A DNA stretch of 64,000 bases from Pelomyxa schiedti (GCA_020536535.1 JAHLWZ010000790.1:124001-188000), one strand, 5' to 3'. Positions 38,196 to 51,677 are shown, counted from the stretch's first letter. A program made the numbers and translations. Notes: generated by a model from the letters alone, not told the origin.

Positions 38196-41100
38196 TTACA
38201 GGAGCCCCGGGCCCTCGGTGCAGTGGTGCAGGACTCTTGTTATTCCAAAGGCGTTTATGGTGAAGAGGTTCTTGTGGTCTTTCCTTTTGTGGTGTTAGAA
38301 ATTTGTTGTGGTAGGCAAAGGGAATGGATGCACACGAGGTACAAATAGCTGTTACGGGTGAGACAGGGCCTTCAGGTTCTATAACCCAGCACTTCTCAAG
38401 TGTAGTCGTTGACCACATGCAAACTTTACCACTGATGTGGCCGGTGACCACTACATTGTCACAAACCCCATCAGGGCAGGAAGTTGTGAGAATGCAGGTT
38501 ATTCTGGTGTTTTCCTGTTAGTCCAAGGGCAAAGGAGGAGAGGAAGCTCACGCGTCATTCAAAGTCACTGCGCCTATTCTCTTCCCATTAACGTCCCACT
38601 GTGTTATACAAAAGGACTGCCCAACTTTGCATGTTGAGAAAATACCACCCTATATAGTAGGTAAGGAATTCTTCCTTTTTCAAGTACATACATTCTCCTC
38701 ATTTATACACAAGTGAAGTATTGTCCCAGTGTGTGCAAGCGTACATATTTGACGGGGCACCGACGAACTAAGGTGCCATAAGATGCATCTCCCAGTTCTG
38801 TCTGCGGTTACAGCTGTGTTGTATTCCCCACAAATCGCGATAGTCTTGAGAGGGGAAAAATGACCACGAAGATGCATGTGAGGTCGAGAAAATAGGCTAG
38901 GAGGGCACTCAGATAAACTAGTGAAACTAAGAGGTTTTTTCCATAGGTAGAGGACTGAAATAATCAGAAAAATGTGACCGGAATGAGGAAGGTACCATAC
39001 CTCCCTCATAGCCACCACATCCAAAATAGCGGCCATCAGAGGAGCACACTCCACAGTAAATTTTTTCGTTTGGAATTTCAAATGAATATTCTGTGTTCTA
39101 CAAGCGTTAACGTCGGTATAAATCTTCTACACATCACATACTTGATTCCATGTTTTGACAAAGAGTACGCCAGGGTGGTTCTTACTCCACGATATAATTT
39201 TTTTGGCATCAGGGTTGAGAAATGCCTCGTTCTCTCCTGCAGATCGGGTAGAGTACTTCCCGTTTCCCACCGAAGCAATTGAGTGGGTCCCACAGTCCTT
39301 TGACACGGATAACACTGTTCCAAAAAGTGTTTCCGGATGCACAAAGAATACGTTTTGGTACGCCTGCTTTTGTTACAAGGAGGAAACAGAGTGCGCGAAA
39401 CCTGGTTTACTATTTCCATGTCTCTGCAAGGATGGGGCTTGTGAAAAATTTTCTTGGGTACTTGCCCACACAGCAACGTTTCAATTTTTTGAGCTTCAGC
39501 AAAAGTAGGGTCTGGCACTTTTTTTTTTGTTTAAGTGACTCTTTCAAAAGAGAAAAACCAGTACCAGAACCCCCTTCCACAGAGGTAGGACGAAATACGT
39601 TATCGTCTGAGAAACTTTGTTGTGCCACACCAAAAATGAGGTCAACCCACTTATGGATGTGCTCTGAAACATATTTACACTCGAGAGCCTTTTGGTGAAG
39701 ACGAATAAATTTCCTGAAATTTTGTTAACTGTATTAATGTGAAGGTAGTGAGTTACCTTCGGTCTCCATTTGCCCACACAGGTAATTCAATGTTGTGTAC
39801 ACGAGTATTATCAGGTCTAACTCCAAAGTTAAACCAGTTAGTGTTAACCAGGAAGTTGTGCAGATAGAAAAACTCAGGAATTAATTCTTTCACATCTCCT
39901 TGTGTGCTAGAACTGGAGTTGTGCCAACTGTGCTCAATAGATGTAAAGAGCCGCGCTGTATTGATAGGTCACTCACTGAAGTGCGTTCAAAACAAACCTG
40001 GTTGGTCAAAAGTCCCACTTTGAAAATCCAAGTGATATGAAGCAAAGGGCTGGAGGCGAGTCATGTAGTGAATTACAGAAGCAAATGTACTGTAGTGCTG
40101 CGAGTACATGTAAGGTGCCATACTCTAGAAAGGATACAGGTAGTTGGTTGCTAATAGTAAATTGAATGGAACAACCTCCCTTGCTAAGTCGTCATATCTT
40201 TTTCTAAACACGTGTTGTAGTCTGTATTCAGACTGGGCACCCATTGGTTTAGTTAGATCACGAAATGTCTTAGGGTTCTCGAAGTCCATTACAGAAGACA
40301 CATAATCAGCAAGAATGTAGGGAAACACTGGATATCTGTAATGTGAAAAGGTATGTATGGTCTGCAACCCAAACCACGAATACACACTGGTGCCAATCTT
40401 CATATGTTCGCCCAGCAAGGTAGTTCACGAACATTAAGTATTCAAAATTAGTCATTTCACCATTTTGCCATTTGAGTGTTAACTGACTGAGGGGGGGTGG
40501 GGCACTGTTGGGTGCTTTCCCAATGATCTGGAGGTATCAGACTTCCCTCAACAAAGGAAAAAATAATAATACGTGATCATAGACTTCTTTTTGGATCTCT
40601 TCAGAGTCAAAGGATATCATTAGTGGTTTACAGTGACTACTAGAGTGAATCTCAAGAGCGCAATTTTGTAGATTGTATCTCATTTTTAGAACCTTTGAAA
40701 TAGTCCCATAGGCTATACTGATGCCTATCACAATTTAGGTTACAACCCTTGTGGTCAAGGATACATGAGGGTTTAAGCTGATCTCCATGACTTGGAGTTT
40801 GCTGTTTCTGAAAGCAGATTGACGAATCCCTGATATAAAAAGTCCCTTCCAAAGTGTCATAGGCATTTATTTTTGTACAGTGATGCCCCCTTGCATCCCC
40901 ACAAGTTTTATACTGCTTGTCAGGGAGGATTAGCTGAGCCATTTCTGCTGTCTCACTGAAACACCCTTTGGACTTCATATAGCTATCAAAAGTAGTGTCA
41001 TCTGTGTTGACATGAGAAATGCCTTTGATACAGAGATATACCTTGGTAGGAAAAGTGACCTATTCCAGAAGGATGCACAAGGCCATTTTCGACCCCTATA

Positions 41101-44100
41101 ACTTCGTAATTGCTACGTATTTACTTCAGACAACTGTAAATAAATTTGAAGAAGAATATACCCTAGTTCTGTTTGTTGTGGTGTTTTTACGGTAACACTC
41201 GTTGCATCTCTGAACTATTCGAAGTTAAAAGAAGTCTTGTGCAGAGGGAAAATACAAAACTCGAACCTCCTCAACTGGTGCCTCAATTCCACCAATAAAA
41301 AACCGAGTGGTAACCTGAAAATTAACCCCTAACACAAGTAAGAGGAAAAAAGAGGCAAATGAGGGGACCTTCGATTTGAATTGTTTTTCCATTTAAACCT
41401 TGTTGGGAAGGCGGATCGATTTTATGGATTCGGGGTAAACCTAAGTGTACATTAACTTGATCTGTATTACTTCAACTACTTTTCATCAAGACAGTATTTG
41501 TTTCTGATAGATGGGGCAGAGCGGCAATATTGTGCAGAGGGGAGAATGAGTCTCTGGTAATTGTTAAGATAAGTAGAGGGTAAAATACTGACATATTCGA
41601 AATAAAAGGGGGCCTCAAAGTGAAACATGTAGTGGTGGGGGGATGGTGAGGAGACGATTTGTGAACAAATACACGCTTGAAACAGGGTCCCTGACTTGAT
41701 CCAACCTTTTGCAAATGAGAATAAACCAATAACTACGTGAAATTCACCTTGATATCAACAAAGGGAGTGTGAACGCAAAAGGAGAATACTCCTCCTTCAG
41801 AGGTAACTTCCTTGAAGATAGTTGCCAAACTTGTAACCAGCTTAGATTGTGAAAGATCCACAGGGAACGAAGCTGGGGCTGCCGATTGGAGTTGGATTGG
41901 AGAAGGTACTGAGTCGCTCCAGGAGGTTTCCTTCTTTTCAGGTGCCACAGAGTTAAGGGGTCTGGAAGTCAATTTTTTCTTGTTTGCCAATGAAAACTTT
42001 GGGATCAAGAAGGGAGTAGGGCAAAAAATACCTCAGCCCTGGAATAACATTTTTCAACAAAAGTTTTGTCCAATTCGTGTATTTTTTCCAGTTCAGTGGA
42101 AAACTCGTTCGGATGTTGTAATCCTAATTGTACTGCCTTTTGTGCAACTGGCAGATGTGAGTGTAAGCTTTACTCTAGCAGTAATTCAACCTTCCAGCAG
42201 TGATGGCTGCTGTGACGACGACCAATGCTGGAAACAGTAGCGAACAATCTCAGTTAATATAGTGGCATCAAGTACTTGTGACGTACTACGCCAACTTAAG
42301 AGGAAATGTTGGTAGAGTGGAATCTTCATACACGGATATTTCTTGGATAGTCCTAATAAAAGAAATCAACACCTGTTGTACATCTGCTGTATGTATATGT
42401 GGTTGCTGAAGCAAGGAATTTAATAAACCCCTCTGGAAGGAGATGTGCAAAGCATGCTTTACGGGTTGTTGAAGTTGTATTTGGTCTATTTTCTAAACCC
42501 CCAAAGTCAAAATGCTAAGGGATAAAAGTATAACTGCCAACCTTGATAATTTCATCCACTTGCTTTGGAAGGTTAGGAGAGCTTGCACACGAAGTTAGCA
42601 GGAGCTCTACAACTTTCTCAACAGAACATAGTGCAGTGCCGTTTTTTGTTGTGGTCACATCTATCAATGACATGTGTTCCAGAATGGTTGGTAGCATATC
42701 CTGGTGTCGGATGTTGCGCTTGATGGCATCATCCAAGCAAATAAGGAGGTCTCTGGCATCTTGGGTTGGAAGAGAGACATGCTTTACAGCAACAACAAGA
42801 GCTGGGAGGGCAGCAACATTATGTATTGGATTTGCAAATAGTTCTGGAATCTTCTTCTCCGTCGCCAGCATAGCACTTGATGGAAGTTCATCGAGGAGTA
42901 TGCACAACAGTACCTTGAAAGAGATTGGCATAGCTAGAAATGAATCCCTCTGGACACACCCTTACACAATCCAATGTTGGGAAATGGTTATTCCAATTGC
43001 AAGTCATGACTTCTTTGAGCAAAGTGTACCCTCCAGTTTGGACAAACTCCTCTTGAAGGGGTCTCACATATATGTAGAAAGCTATCAGCCTGAAGACGGT
43101 GTCGTGGTAACCCCGAATTTGTTTTGTGCATTGCATCACAAACTGAAGTGGAATAGCTTTGGCGTAAGAACTGATCATACTGGGATCCTCCTCCAGCTGG
43201 CCTAAAAAGAAATAGTTTGCTTTATTTCATTTCATAAGCATTTCCCTACTGTTCAAAGTTTTCAATAGTGTTCCTGACAGATTAAAAAATGAATCAGGAA
43301 GTCCCTTCCACATCGGAGAATAGTTAGGTGGAATGTTGTCATGTCTTAACGGTGCCTCAGTTAAGGTCATGGGTTGAAGTACTTGAACTGCTATAGTGTG
43401 CACTTGATTAAGTTTTGCTAAACACGATATTATTTCCACTTTGATGGTGAAGTCAATTCCTTCAGACTGAAGAAAGTGAGAATCATGGCAACTTTATAAG
43501 AAAATGTATACAAGAATGACAGTACAGAGGAAATGGGTAACAACGCTCCAATCAGATGTATCCACTACTCCATGCAAAAGAGCCTGACAAAAAGTATTAT
43601 AAACGAGTTGTTGAATTGACTTGTTAAATCTACGGGATTATAAGGTAAACAGCATAGGCTTAGAGAAGGGAAATACCGTTGCCATAATTGGGCATTCAGA
43701 ACAATAGTGTACAAAGCCTTTTTATTCCAGATAATGGGTGGTGATGATGTAAAAGCAAAGTTTAATGCAGATTGAACCAGTGACTCCGAGTCAACCTCTG
43801 ATGAACTTGAAAAGGGAAGAGGGGTATAAAGAAGTTCAGAACACACAATTTGAGTAATACGGCAGAAATAATTTTGTATGCAGAGTATTGCTTCAATTTG
43901 TAGAGCTGCTCTTCATTATTTTCTGTAAATTCGAGAATGAGATCAAGATAAATGCGAGCGGCTGTTTTATCCTGAATTCTGGTGAGATGCAACAAACACA
44001 AGGTAGTATACCTCCGCCATAACTAACAAATACAACAGCACAGAGAGACCCCCAACTCTCTCCAGGGTGTGAAAGAAGTTTCCAGATTTTCTGGATGCTT

Positions 44101-46632
44101 GATGGGTTGTTATGTCCCTAAAGTGGAAAAGTTATTTCAACCTGAACCGCATTTCGGATTCACATGTATTTCTGAAGATTTTTGGGTACCGGGAGGGTAT
44201 ACTAAAGCGGTCGGTAATTGAAAGTGAGCAAATCACATACATAGGGCTGGGTGGTCAGGTCTAAATAGAAACAGCAAGTTTCTAGACAAGAAAGCAGATT
44301 GGTTCAACTGAATAGGTATATGTGCGGCTGTAAAGAGATGAACTTATCAATCTAATTTATTAACCAGCATACAATGAGACATTTGAACAACAGTCCTCAG
44401 TTGTAGAGCACTAACTGTTTGTGGAAAAGTAACGTAGGTAAAATTGGGGCCTTGGCTATATAGAAACACAACATTTTCTGCTCTGTGAAGATGAACTCGG
44501 ATTGCATTTATTATTAATACCTGAGGGGTTCACTAAAGCAATAAACTGGTCCCAAGTACCAAGAAGTATTTGGGTTGTGGGAAAGTATATTATCAGCAAT
44601 ACACTGGAAGGTTGGTGATTGCGGCCCTAATCCCATTTCACTGGGGCAGGGAATTTCGTTTTGTGTCTCGACTTGTAGTCCATTGAACCACAAAAAAGTA
44701 TGACATGCTTGTGCCTGCAATTACCAAGTGAGATTCCAGAATAAAACCTTGGAAGGGCACATCAGAAGGAGTGCAAGAAACCACCAAGTGAGACCATTGA
44801 CCGGGTGGAATGTGCACATCAAAAATCCACCGATAACCATTCAAATCAATGGCAATACTCGATAATGATATTCCTACAGATATGCCTCCAGCTGTAATCA
44901 ATGGTATGTAAGAGGACTCACCTAAAGAAGTTAGACACCTCACGACTTTGTTAATTACACACAAAACACATCCACACAGAACCAGAGGGCAATAGAAAGA
45001 GTGGGCAGTTCGCTTGTACTGGTCTTGTTGATTAGCCCATGATGTGGAGTTTTCAAAGAATGAGCTCCCCTTGTAAACTTGAGTTTTTATTCCTCTCTCC
45101 CCAAAAGGAACACACCTTTCATGAAAGTGGAGATAGGAAAGTGGCTTGGATGAGTGAGCCAGATCACGCAATCCCTCAACTAATGTGAGAGGAGTACCAG
45201 GCTTTCCCATTAAATAAAGGTAGCTTTGGAGAGTATCGGCATTTAAATCTGCCAAATGAACAACAATTCTCAAAATTCTTTCCATTGCAATTGATCTAAG
45301 CATATGAGAAGAGTTTACTTTCATTTAGAGATCACAAACCTTTGCTGTAACAAACGTACAAAGTCTTTCTGATAGCATGACAGTAGGCGATTCGCCAAAG
45401 CTTATGACGGAAATGGTTATTTCTTCAACACTGAATGGTGAGTAAAAAGGTACCTATCTTATTGAGAACGCGTATATTGGCTGTAGAGTCTTGCACCATT
45501 GCCACAATGTCGAAAATCACTTCCTCAGTAGCAGCATGCCAGCCAGAGCCAGAGTGGAGGGCCGTACTCAACAAATCAATAACAAGGAGCTGAGAAAACT
45601 TTGGTGGGATCCTTTTTGATTAGATGCAGACCTCAATTAATTCGGGGACCAAAATTATAGGCTTGTTATCAATCGATGATTTTTTGGTAGCAAAGTCAAG
45701 TACAATATGATGAAATTGTGTAGCAAGATCAACGCGGGTATGACATATCTTGTACCTAGAAAGTTCAAGAGTTGAACGATTTTCACAACAGTTCCGAGTA
45801 CTCACATATCAATTAGCATGCCTTGTAGATTGTCCACTTGAAATTGGGGATATGAAACTGGGCCTTCTAGCCACTGCTTGAAGAAGATTTTCTTAAAATG
45901 CCCTTGCTTGTCGGAAGAGAAAAGCTCATTAAGTGACACAAGGTGACCTTTCAAAAATGAATTGATGCACATAACAAGTCAGTGATACTGATAACAGAAC
46001 AAGTCAGTGAGGTTTTCTCCTCCAAGGTGGTGCTCTTGGCTTTGGTATTTGACGTGTTTATATCCCTCAAAATTTGTGCTTGATTTCAAGAGGCAGTCAA
46101 TGCTAAACCCATGAAAGAGATTGTGTAGTATACCTATTCCCTGCTGGAAGGTCATTCCATGTGGGGCACCCAATATCCTCTCTCCAGCCAAATTCCCGAA
46201 AGTTGGTGAAGGCGTTGGCACAACAGAATACAGAGGGACTGGAGGGTCCCCTGAAATGCCAATTTCGAGTGCGTGCGCGCGTCTCTGAGTGGCGTTACTT
46301 CTCGAGTCCCACTCGACTGCAACCGCCGACGATGCCCCGGTGCTACTTGCAGCCACAAAAATGCTCTCTGCGGTGTGACTCTCAGATCTCGATGCTGTGC
46401 CGGCCGCCGCAGTCGGATCAGGCAACACCACCCACTCGTCCAAGTCAAGAGCACTCTGAGAAGGAAGAGATGGCGAAGTGGAGTGTACTGCAGATCTAGG
46501 AGGATCTAGTCGCGACTTTGACTCCTTGGTTGCGGTAGTTTTTGCCTCCGTTGCCTCTACGCCGAGTTGAATATTTTCAGTGGTATGCGTGTCCCCGGTG
46601 CTTTTTTTCTTTCTCGGACCTTGCCGCGACAT
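38196..46632 (-). CDS. BEACH-domain protein (neurobeachin/Lvs-like: ConA-like - ARM - PH - BEACH - WD40)
   Basis: YPVFPYILADY, FRDLTKPMGA, YSQHYS, DVKELIPEFFY, IELPVWA, FHPHPC; WD40 exons; ConA-like WSHLVVS. Confidence 0.93.
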
Positions 46633-46749
46633 TATGTTTGTGTTGGCACGATGAACAGAACAAAAAGAAAAAGAAAAAGAAAAAAAAAGCAAGTTGGGAG
46701 AAAAGTGATGGAAATTCTTTTGATGGCCAGAGAAAAGACCTGGTTCTCT

Positions 46750-49200
46750 CTAGGCTAAGAGATTCCTGATGCATTGCAGAAGGACTTGGTTGTTGTGCAC
46801 AAATGACTTGGAGACTGGTGTGGCTTGGATGATTCCATATCTCTGTCTCCTAAGGAACCCACTTGCAGCGCGCGGCGTCACATGCACTTTGCATATGAAT
46901 TGCTTGAATTGTGCATTTGTACATATCCTTTCAACGGCGTGGTCATCCCCCTGTGAAGTGTAAGCCTACATTGTATTGCACCCTGGAAAAGTAACATACC
47001 TTCTGCTTCAATTGATGAAGTTGCGTTGCAGTGACTCCGAGAATCGCTGCGGAAACATCATCAAAGCAAGAAGCCCAAATAGAGCCGGTGTGGTCAGCGA
47101 AACGCATTTGCATGATGAATCTGGTATAATGAAACTCTTCATTGACACTCTGGGCCCTCTGATTTTACCTGTAGACTGGAGTTTCATAATTCTTTTCACA
47201 TTTCAGGCATTTCCAAGCATCATCAACTTGTATTAATTTCTTGGAGCACTGCCCACACGAGGGATAATACAAGATACCCTCCTTCTTGATAAATGTAAGT
47301 GTAAGTCGAATCGAGAGGTTTGAAGCGATCTGAAGAATAGTGAGAGCTGGAAAATGTGTCCTACAATTTAAACCTCAGATTCCTCCACCTGGGCATCAGC
47401 TACGGTTTTCATTGCTCTGGCTTCCTTTAGCACTGACACAACAGATCGGCCTGATAGTTTACAACAAGAGGTAGCCATTCCAGACTTATACCTGAAAGAT
47501 TGTTACCCAACCCCCTTTTTTGTTGGTATTTACCATTTTTGAAGAAAAGCCACTTCTTGTTCATATCCTTGGGGTGAAGGTATAACAACAGTTCCAGTAG
47601 TTGCAGAGAGAACCACACCTGGAATGAAAGTTAGGTGAAAAAGATTAGTTATTACTGTTACTGTGGAATACCAGAAAATTCCCCCACACGCAAGCCCTTT
47701 ACACCCACTATCATTCCAACCGAAAGATTCCTAACCTCTGGCATATCACAGAGTGAAGCCCAGAATGTAATAGACACACTGGACGATGTTGTGTCAGCAA
47801 TCCATATTACTCTTGGTAAGTTTAGCAGTTTAGCATTTATGCTTTTCATGTTGGGACTTTTGTTTGAGGGGTTTTCCAGCCTTGGTCACTAATTCTTTTT
47901 CTTCTGAAACCTGAGTAACAACACCAAGCACATCTGCAAGAATTAAAAACACGGTAAGACTTGTCAGCTCTATACCAACATAAGAGGTCAACTTAGCACC
48001 TTGAAGAGAGGATATTGTGGTAAAATGGAAGTGGGCATGTGGTAAAATGCTGGTTTGTTGCGGGTCAAGTGGAATTATCTCAGAATACTGTCCCAATATA
48101 ATTTCATAGTCATGATTGAGGCGATTCCATTTTTTGTCAGAGAATTTCAGTTGCCCATTAGCAACTGTATATCCCTACAGTGCTTAGTCAGCAAAACCAT
48201 CAAGAAAATTACCTTGTTTAGTTGTATTTTGGGAAAAAAATTCTCAGCTTCCGCATTGAATGCAACAGCTCTTATTTCTCCCTAACGTTTCTGCAATTAC
48301 CTCATTGGAAACGATGAAGGGGATTTACTGAGCTATCAACTAAGTCCATTGTGAAAAGGCTATGTGAGCCATCATCCTTTTGCCAAGTGCGCATAGGAGA
48401 TTTTGCCACTACTCGAACCTGCTCTGTGCGGATTAGGTTACTTTGAAGCAAAAAGGAATCACATTTATGGACCACTTGGAGATATAGGGGTTCAATTTAG
48501 TTATAGGGATAATTTCTCCCACCACTCTGTGAATCGAGAAATTTTTAGGCGGACACCTCTGATTGGTAGAGTGTAAGAATGTACCTTCGACTGGGTGGAG
48601 TAGACACAGGTTGGGAACACATCACAGGTGTGTCAAAGTTATGTTTGCGAGTCAAAGGGGCAGGTTTGGAAGCTGAAGGGAAGGGGCCTTCCGGCTTAAC
48701 TGTCCTGTTCGCCGTCTCGGACTTGGGGGCAACAGGCGGAGCTGCTGTAGGTGGCGTCGATGTCCCACCCATTAAAACTGCCATTTCCTCTGTATGGAGT
48801 GGCACTGGGTCACCAATAGTGGCGGTACTAGGTTCCTGAGGAGAGACCTTCATAATAATTGGAATCCTGTCAATGGGTCAGAGGGAATCTTACAGGAATA
48901 TAGATCATAACAGGAAACCCACCGTCTAGATAGAGGAAGAGGAACCACAGTGCAGTCGTCAACTCGCACTATTGAGCCCTCACTAATACTGCCTGAAGAA
49001 AACAATTCAGAGGTATTGGATGCGCCAATGCAAACCACAGAACTGACCCCGTCTGAGAGCCTCACACTTTGAAAGAAAGATGATGTACAATCAATAAAAG
49101 AGAAAAAAAAAAAGTAAAGTAAGCATTCAAAAACAGGCACTGCACAGCCAGCTTTTTGTTTTGTTGGAATTTGTTTTGTTTGATTACGAGTATCTGCCAC
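46750..49200 (-). CDS. RPA1: Replication protein A 70-kDa subunit (RPA70N, OB-A, OB-B, zinc-finger OB-C)
   Basis: LSDGVSS...GSIVRV; RVVAKSPMRTW...LFTMDLVD; EIRAVAF; DVLGVV; YYPSCGQCSKK...WKCLKC; FADHTGSIWASCFDD. Confidence 0.88.
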
Positions 49201-49515
49201 TTTGTATCAATTTGAGTTGTAAAACTTGTAACACAACTCCATCTTTTGGCATGGGCGTAGTGAATAACAGTCGTGCCCCGTCTTCCGTCAACATTTTTTT
49301 TGTCCCGTTTCGGAACAGATCAGATCCAAATTGGGAGTCCCTCCTGAGGGGACGCCTTAGTGGATTGTGTTGGCATCTGCCTTCGGGTTTTAAAGGAACT
49401 GAAGACACAAAAGAACAACTAAATGGGTTTTTTTTAATTGTTGCTGTTTGTGGGTTCTTGTGGGTGTTGCATGGGGGGTTTGCTTAGCTGTTTGAAGCTC
49501 GGCTATAAATAGATG

Positions 49516-49618
49516 CATCCCATGATGAATTCCGGCTTGGTGCGGTTAGGCACACCAAATAAAATATCACAACCTGTATCGATTTTCCATTTCACAAGGA
49601 TGTGTGATAACTGAGATG
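49516..49618 (+). ncRNA. Candidate box C/D snoRNA (orphan)
   Basis: C box ATGATGA 49522-49528, D box CTGA 49611-49614, terminal CATC/GATG stem, internal TTGGTG/CACCAA hairpin; no rRNA target recognised. Confidence 0.35.
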
Positions 49619-49660
49619 AAGTCCAAACTTAGTCAAGTACAAAAGCAGAGTCAAGCAAGC

Positions 49661-50110
49661 CTCCAAAAGAGCAAGCAAGTGAGTGTCCAAGTGTGTCCAC
49701 GATAAATGGCTGAATAAAATAATCAACAGACCGGAACGCTGTAGTTTTCGTGTCATCGCCCAGTGTCGGCGGTCTGGTGTTTTTTTTATTCAGCCAAATG
49801 ACAATCTGAGAGTCTCTGAAATCGGGAATTAGAGTTTTTGTTTAGGAGTATAGAGATCCACGCTACCTGAGAGGAGAGAGAGAAAGCACACAGAGCAATG
49901 AAAGAATGCAATGATGAAGGAGTTGTGTTCCTCCAAAAGAGCCCCAAGTGTCCACAATAAACAACAATCTGAGAGTGAATGCCGAAATTAGAGTTCGGGT
50001 TTAGGAGTATAGAGGTTGTCATACCAGGTGTGGTCCAAAAAAGTAGTAGAGTCAAGTACGAAAAGTACAAAAAAGCAGAGCGGAGCCAAGAAGTCTCCAA
50101 AAGTAGTCAA
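49661..50110. repeat. Degenerate tandem repeat units (CTCCAAAAG...GTGTCCAC.ATAAA...ACAATCTGAGAGT...GTTTAGGAGTATAGAG)
   Basis: Copies at 49661-49856 and 49931-50014, with a partial copy at ~50050-50110. Confidence 0.8.
49707..49796. mobile_element. MITE-like 90-bp insertion with 13-bp perfect TIRs (TGGCTGAATAAAA)
   Basis: TIRs at 49707-49719 and 49784-49796, internal CAGACCG/CGGTCTG complement; absent from the paralogous repeat copy at ~49950-49976. Confidence 0.6.
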
Positions 50111-50213
50111 GAAGTACAAAAGAAGAAGTCCAATAATCTGTGATGACATAACCCATCCAAAAATACAATACATTCCTTTGATTGACGCCGTGCGGAAAAA
50201 GAGAGCACCTGCT

Positions 50214-51086
50214 ATATCCTTTTAGCTGGAATGTAACTTTGTTTAAAATGTTAACTAAAGTCCGTGGTAAACTCGCCAAAAACAACGTACACGCTGTACG
50301 TTCTGTGAATCTAACAGGACTCAGGCCACCTCAGTCCTATTAGATTCACAGGATTGGCGAAAGGAATGCCTTTATTTTTCCTCCTTTGCCGGAACGAGGG
50401 CTGTCGCAATTCCGGCATTGGCAGCGTTGGCCGCAAACGACACTACGTACGTTGGTGGACACATCCCTCCACGTCACGACTCACAGTTTGGCGTTCGTTC
50501 CGCTGGTCTCGGGCAAAGAAGAAAAAAAAGGGGGTTTTTTCGCCGATGGGGGGTCATCAGGGGGCCCTTGGAATCTGAGAGTCTGGGTAACTCTCAGTGT
50601 AGTTTGGCTCGGGCCACAATCCTCAAGACATCCTGCAAATCTGCAGGGTCTTCCTGAGTACAGCTTGCCACGGGGCTGATGGGTGGGGGCGGAAAGCAGG
50701 GTTTTTTTTTCCCTCTTCGACTGTCGCAAATCCGGTGCCGCCGGTTTTGAGGGCTAACGACTCTACATGTGTCTGCGGTCATAACAGGCCACGTCAGGTT
50801 GCGCAGTTCGGTGCTCAGCCCGAGCCCACTCCTCAAAGAGGAAAAAAATACCCGTGGTTCAGCTAACAGATCAGGCTCCCAACCAAGGTGAACGTTCCCG
50901 ACCTACCGTCCAGAACCATAGAGGTGAGGACAACACTGCCGGTTGTTTCGGCAAGAACAAGGCGAGTCTGGGGGGTGGGCATTGATTAGAAATCATCAGA
51001 AACAATTAGAAACCGATTAGAACGTACATTTTGTACGCTTTTTACGGTAAACTCACTAATACTTTACCCTCCGCCTAAAAGGATAT
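50214..51086. repeat. Segment bounded by imperfect inverted repeats (50214-50304 / 51019-51086)
   Basis: ATATCCTTTTAG vs CTAAAAGGATAT; CGTACA-nnn-TGTACGTTCT vs AGAACGTACA-nnn-TGTACG. Confidence 0.7.
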
Positions 51087-51677
51087 GCCCAACCCACAAA
51101 TGCAATGCAGATGTGAACTGGGCAGTGAACCCACAGGTGGGTCCCAGCTGGCCTCTACGATTTCCCCCTTGAATGCTGCTGGCCTGTTTGCCCACAAGGA
51201 TGTGTGATAACTGAGATGAAGTCCCACTTGCTGCTACTCACGAGCTCCTACACCACTCATTCCCCAAAAACCAACACCACCAACACAAGTGTTGTGCTGT
51301 CTTGTGATGACCTTGTTGAATATATGACTTATGTTAGTAATTACACAACCACGCAAAACCACCCACACAGGGGGAAAAAAATAGATATGGAGACAACATA
51401 GATTGCTACCATATGACCTGTAGCATCTTCGATAACAGTACATCGTAGCTAGATCTCCCGTGCGTTGTTTTTATTTTTATGTTTTTCTGTCATCTTTGCG
51501 GCTTTTGTCACCGGTTCCCACAAAATGAAAATGACTGGGAGTTCCCAGATTCCAAAAAAACAAGCTCCAGACTCTGCAGCACCACAAACCTGCCTCGTTT
51601 TTTTCTTTGGGGGTGTGGGTGATACCTTGGCCATTCCTCTGGGGTTTGAGCCGCACTTGGACATCTAAAATAAACGA

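Larger units (their letters stand above)
49593..51224. repeat. Exact 32-bp direct repeat CACAAGGATGTGTGATAACTGAGATGAAGTCC at 49593-49624 and 51193-51224
   Basis: Direct comparison; the flanks are unrelated. Confidence 0.95.

Noticed and set aside
50795-50815. TTGCGCAG as a possible U4 snRNA 5' end
   Set aside because: The flanking bases do not extend complementarity to U6, and there is no Sm site.
49786-51664. Short hydrophobic minus-strand ORFs (49786-50285, 51234-51664) as membrane-protein genes
   Set aside because: Frames are broken, lack shared motifs and coincide with degenerate repeats; at most pseudogene debris.
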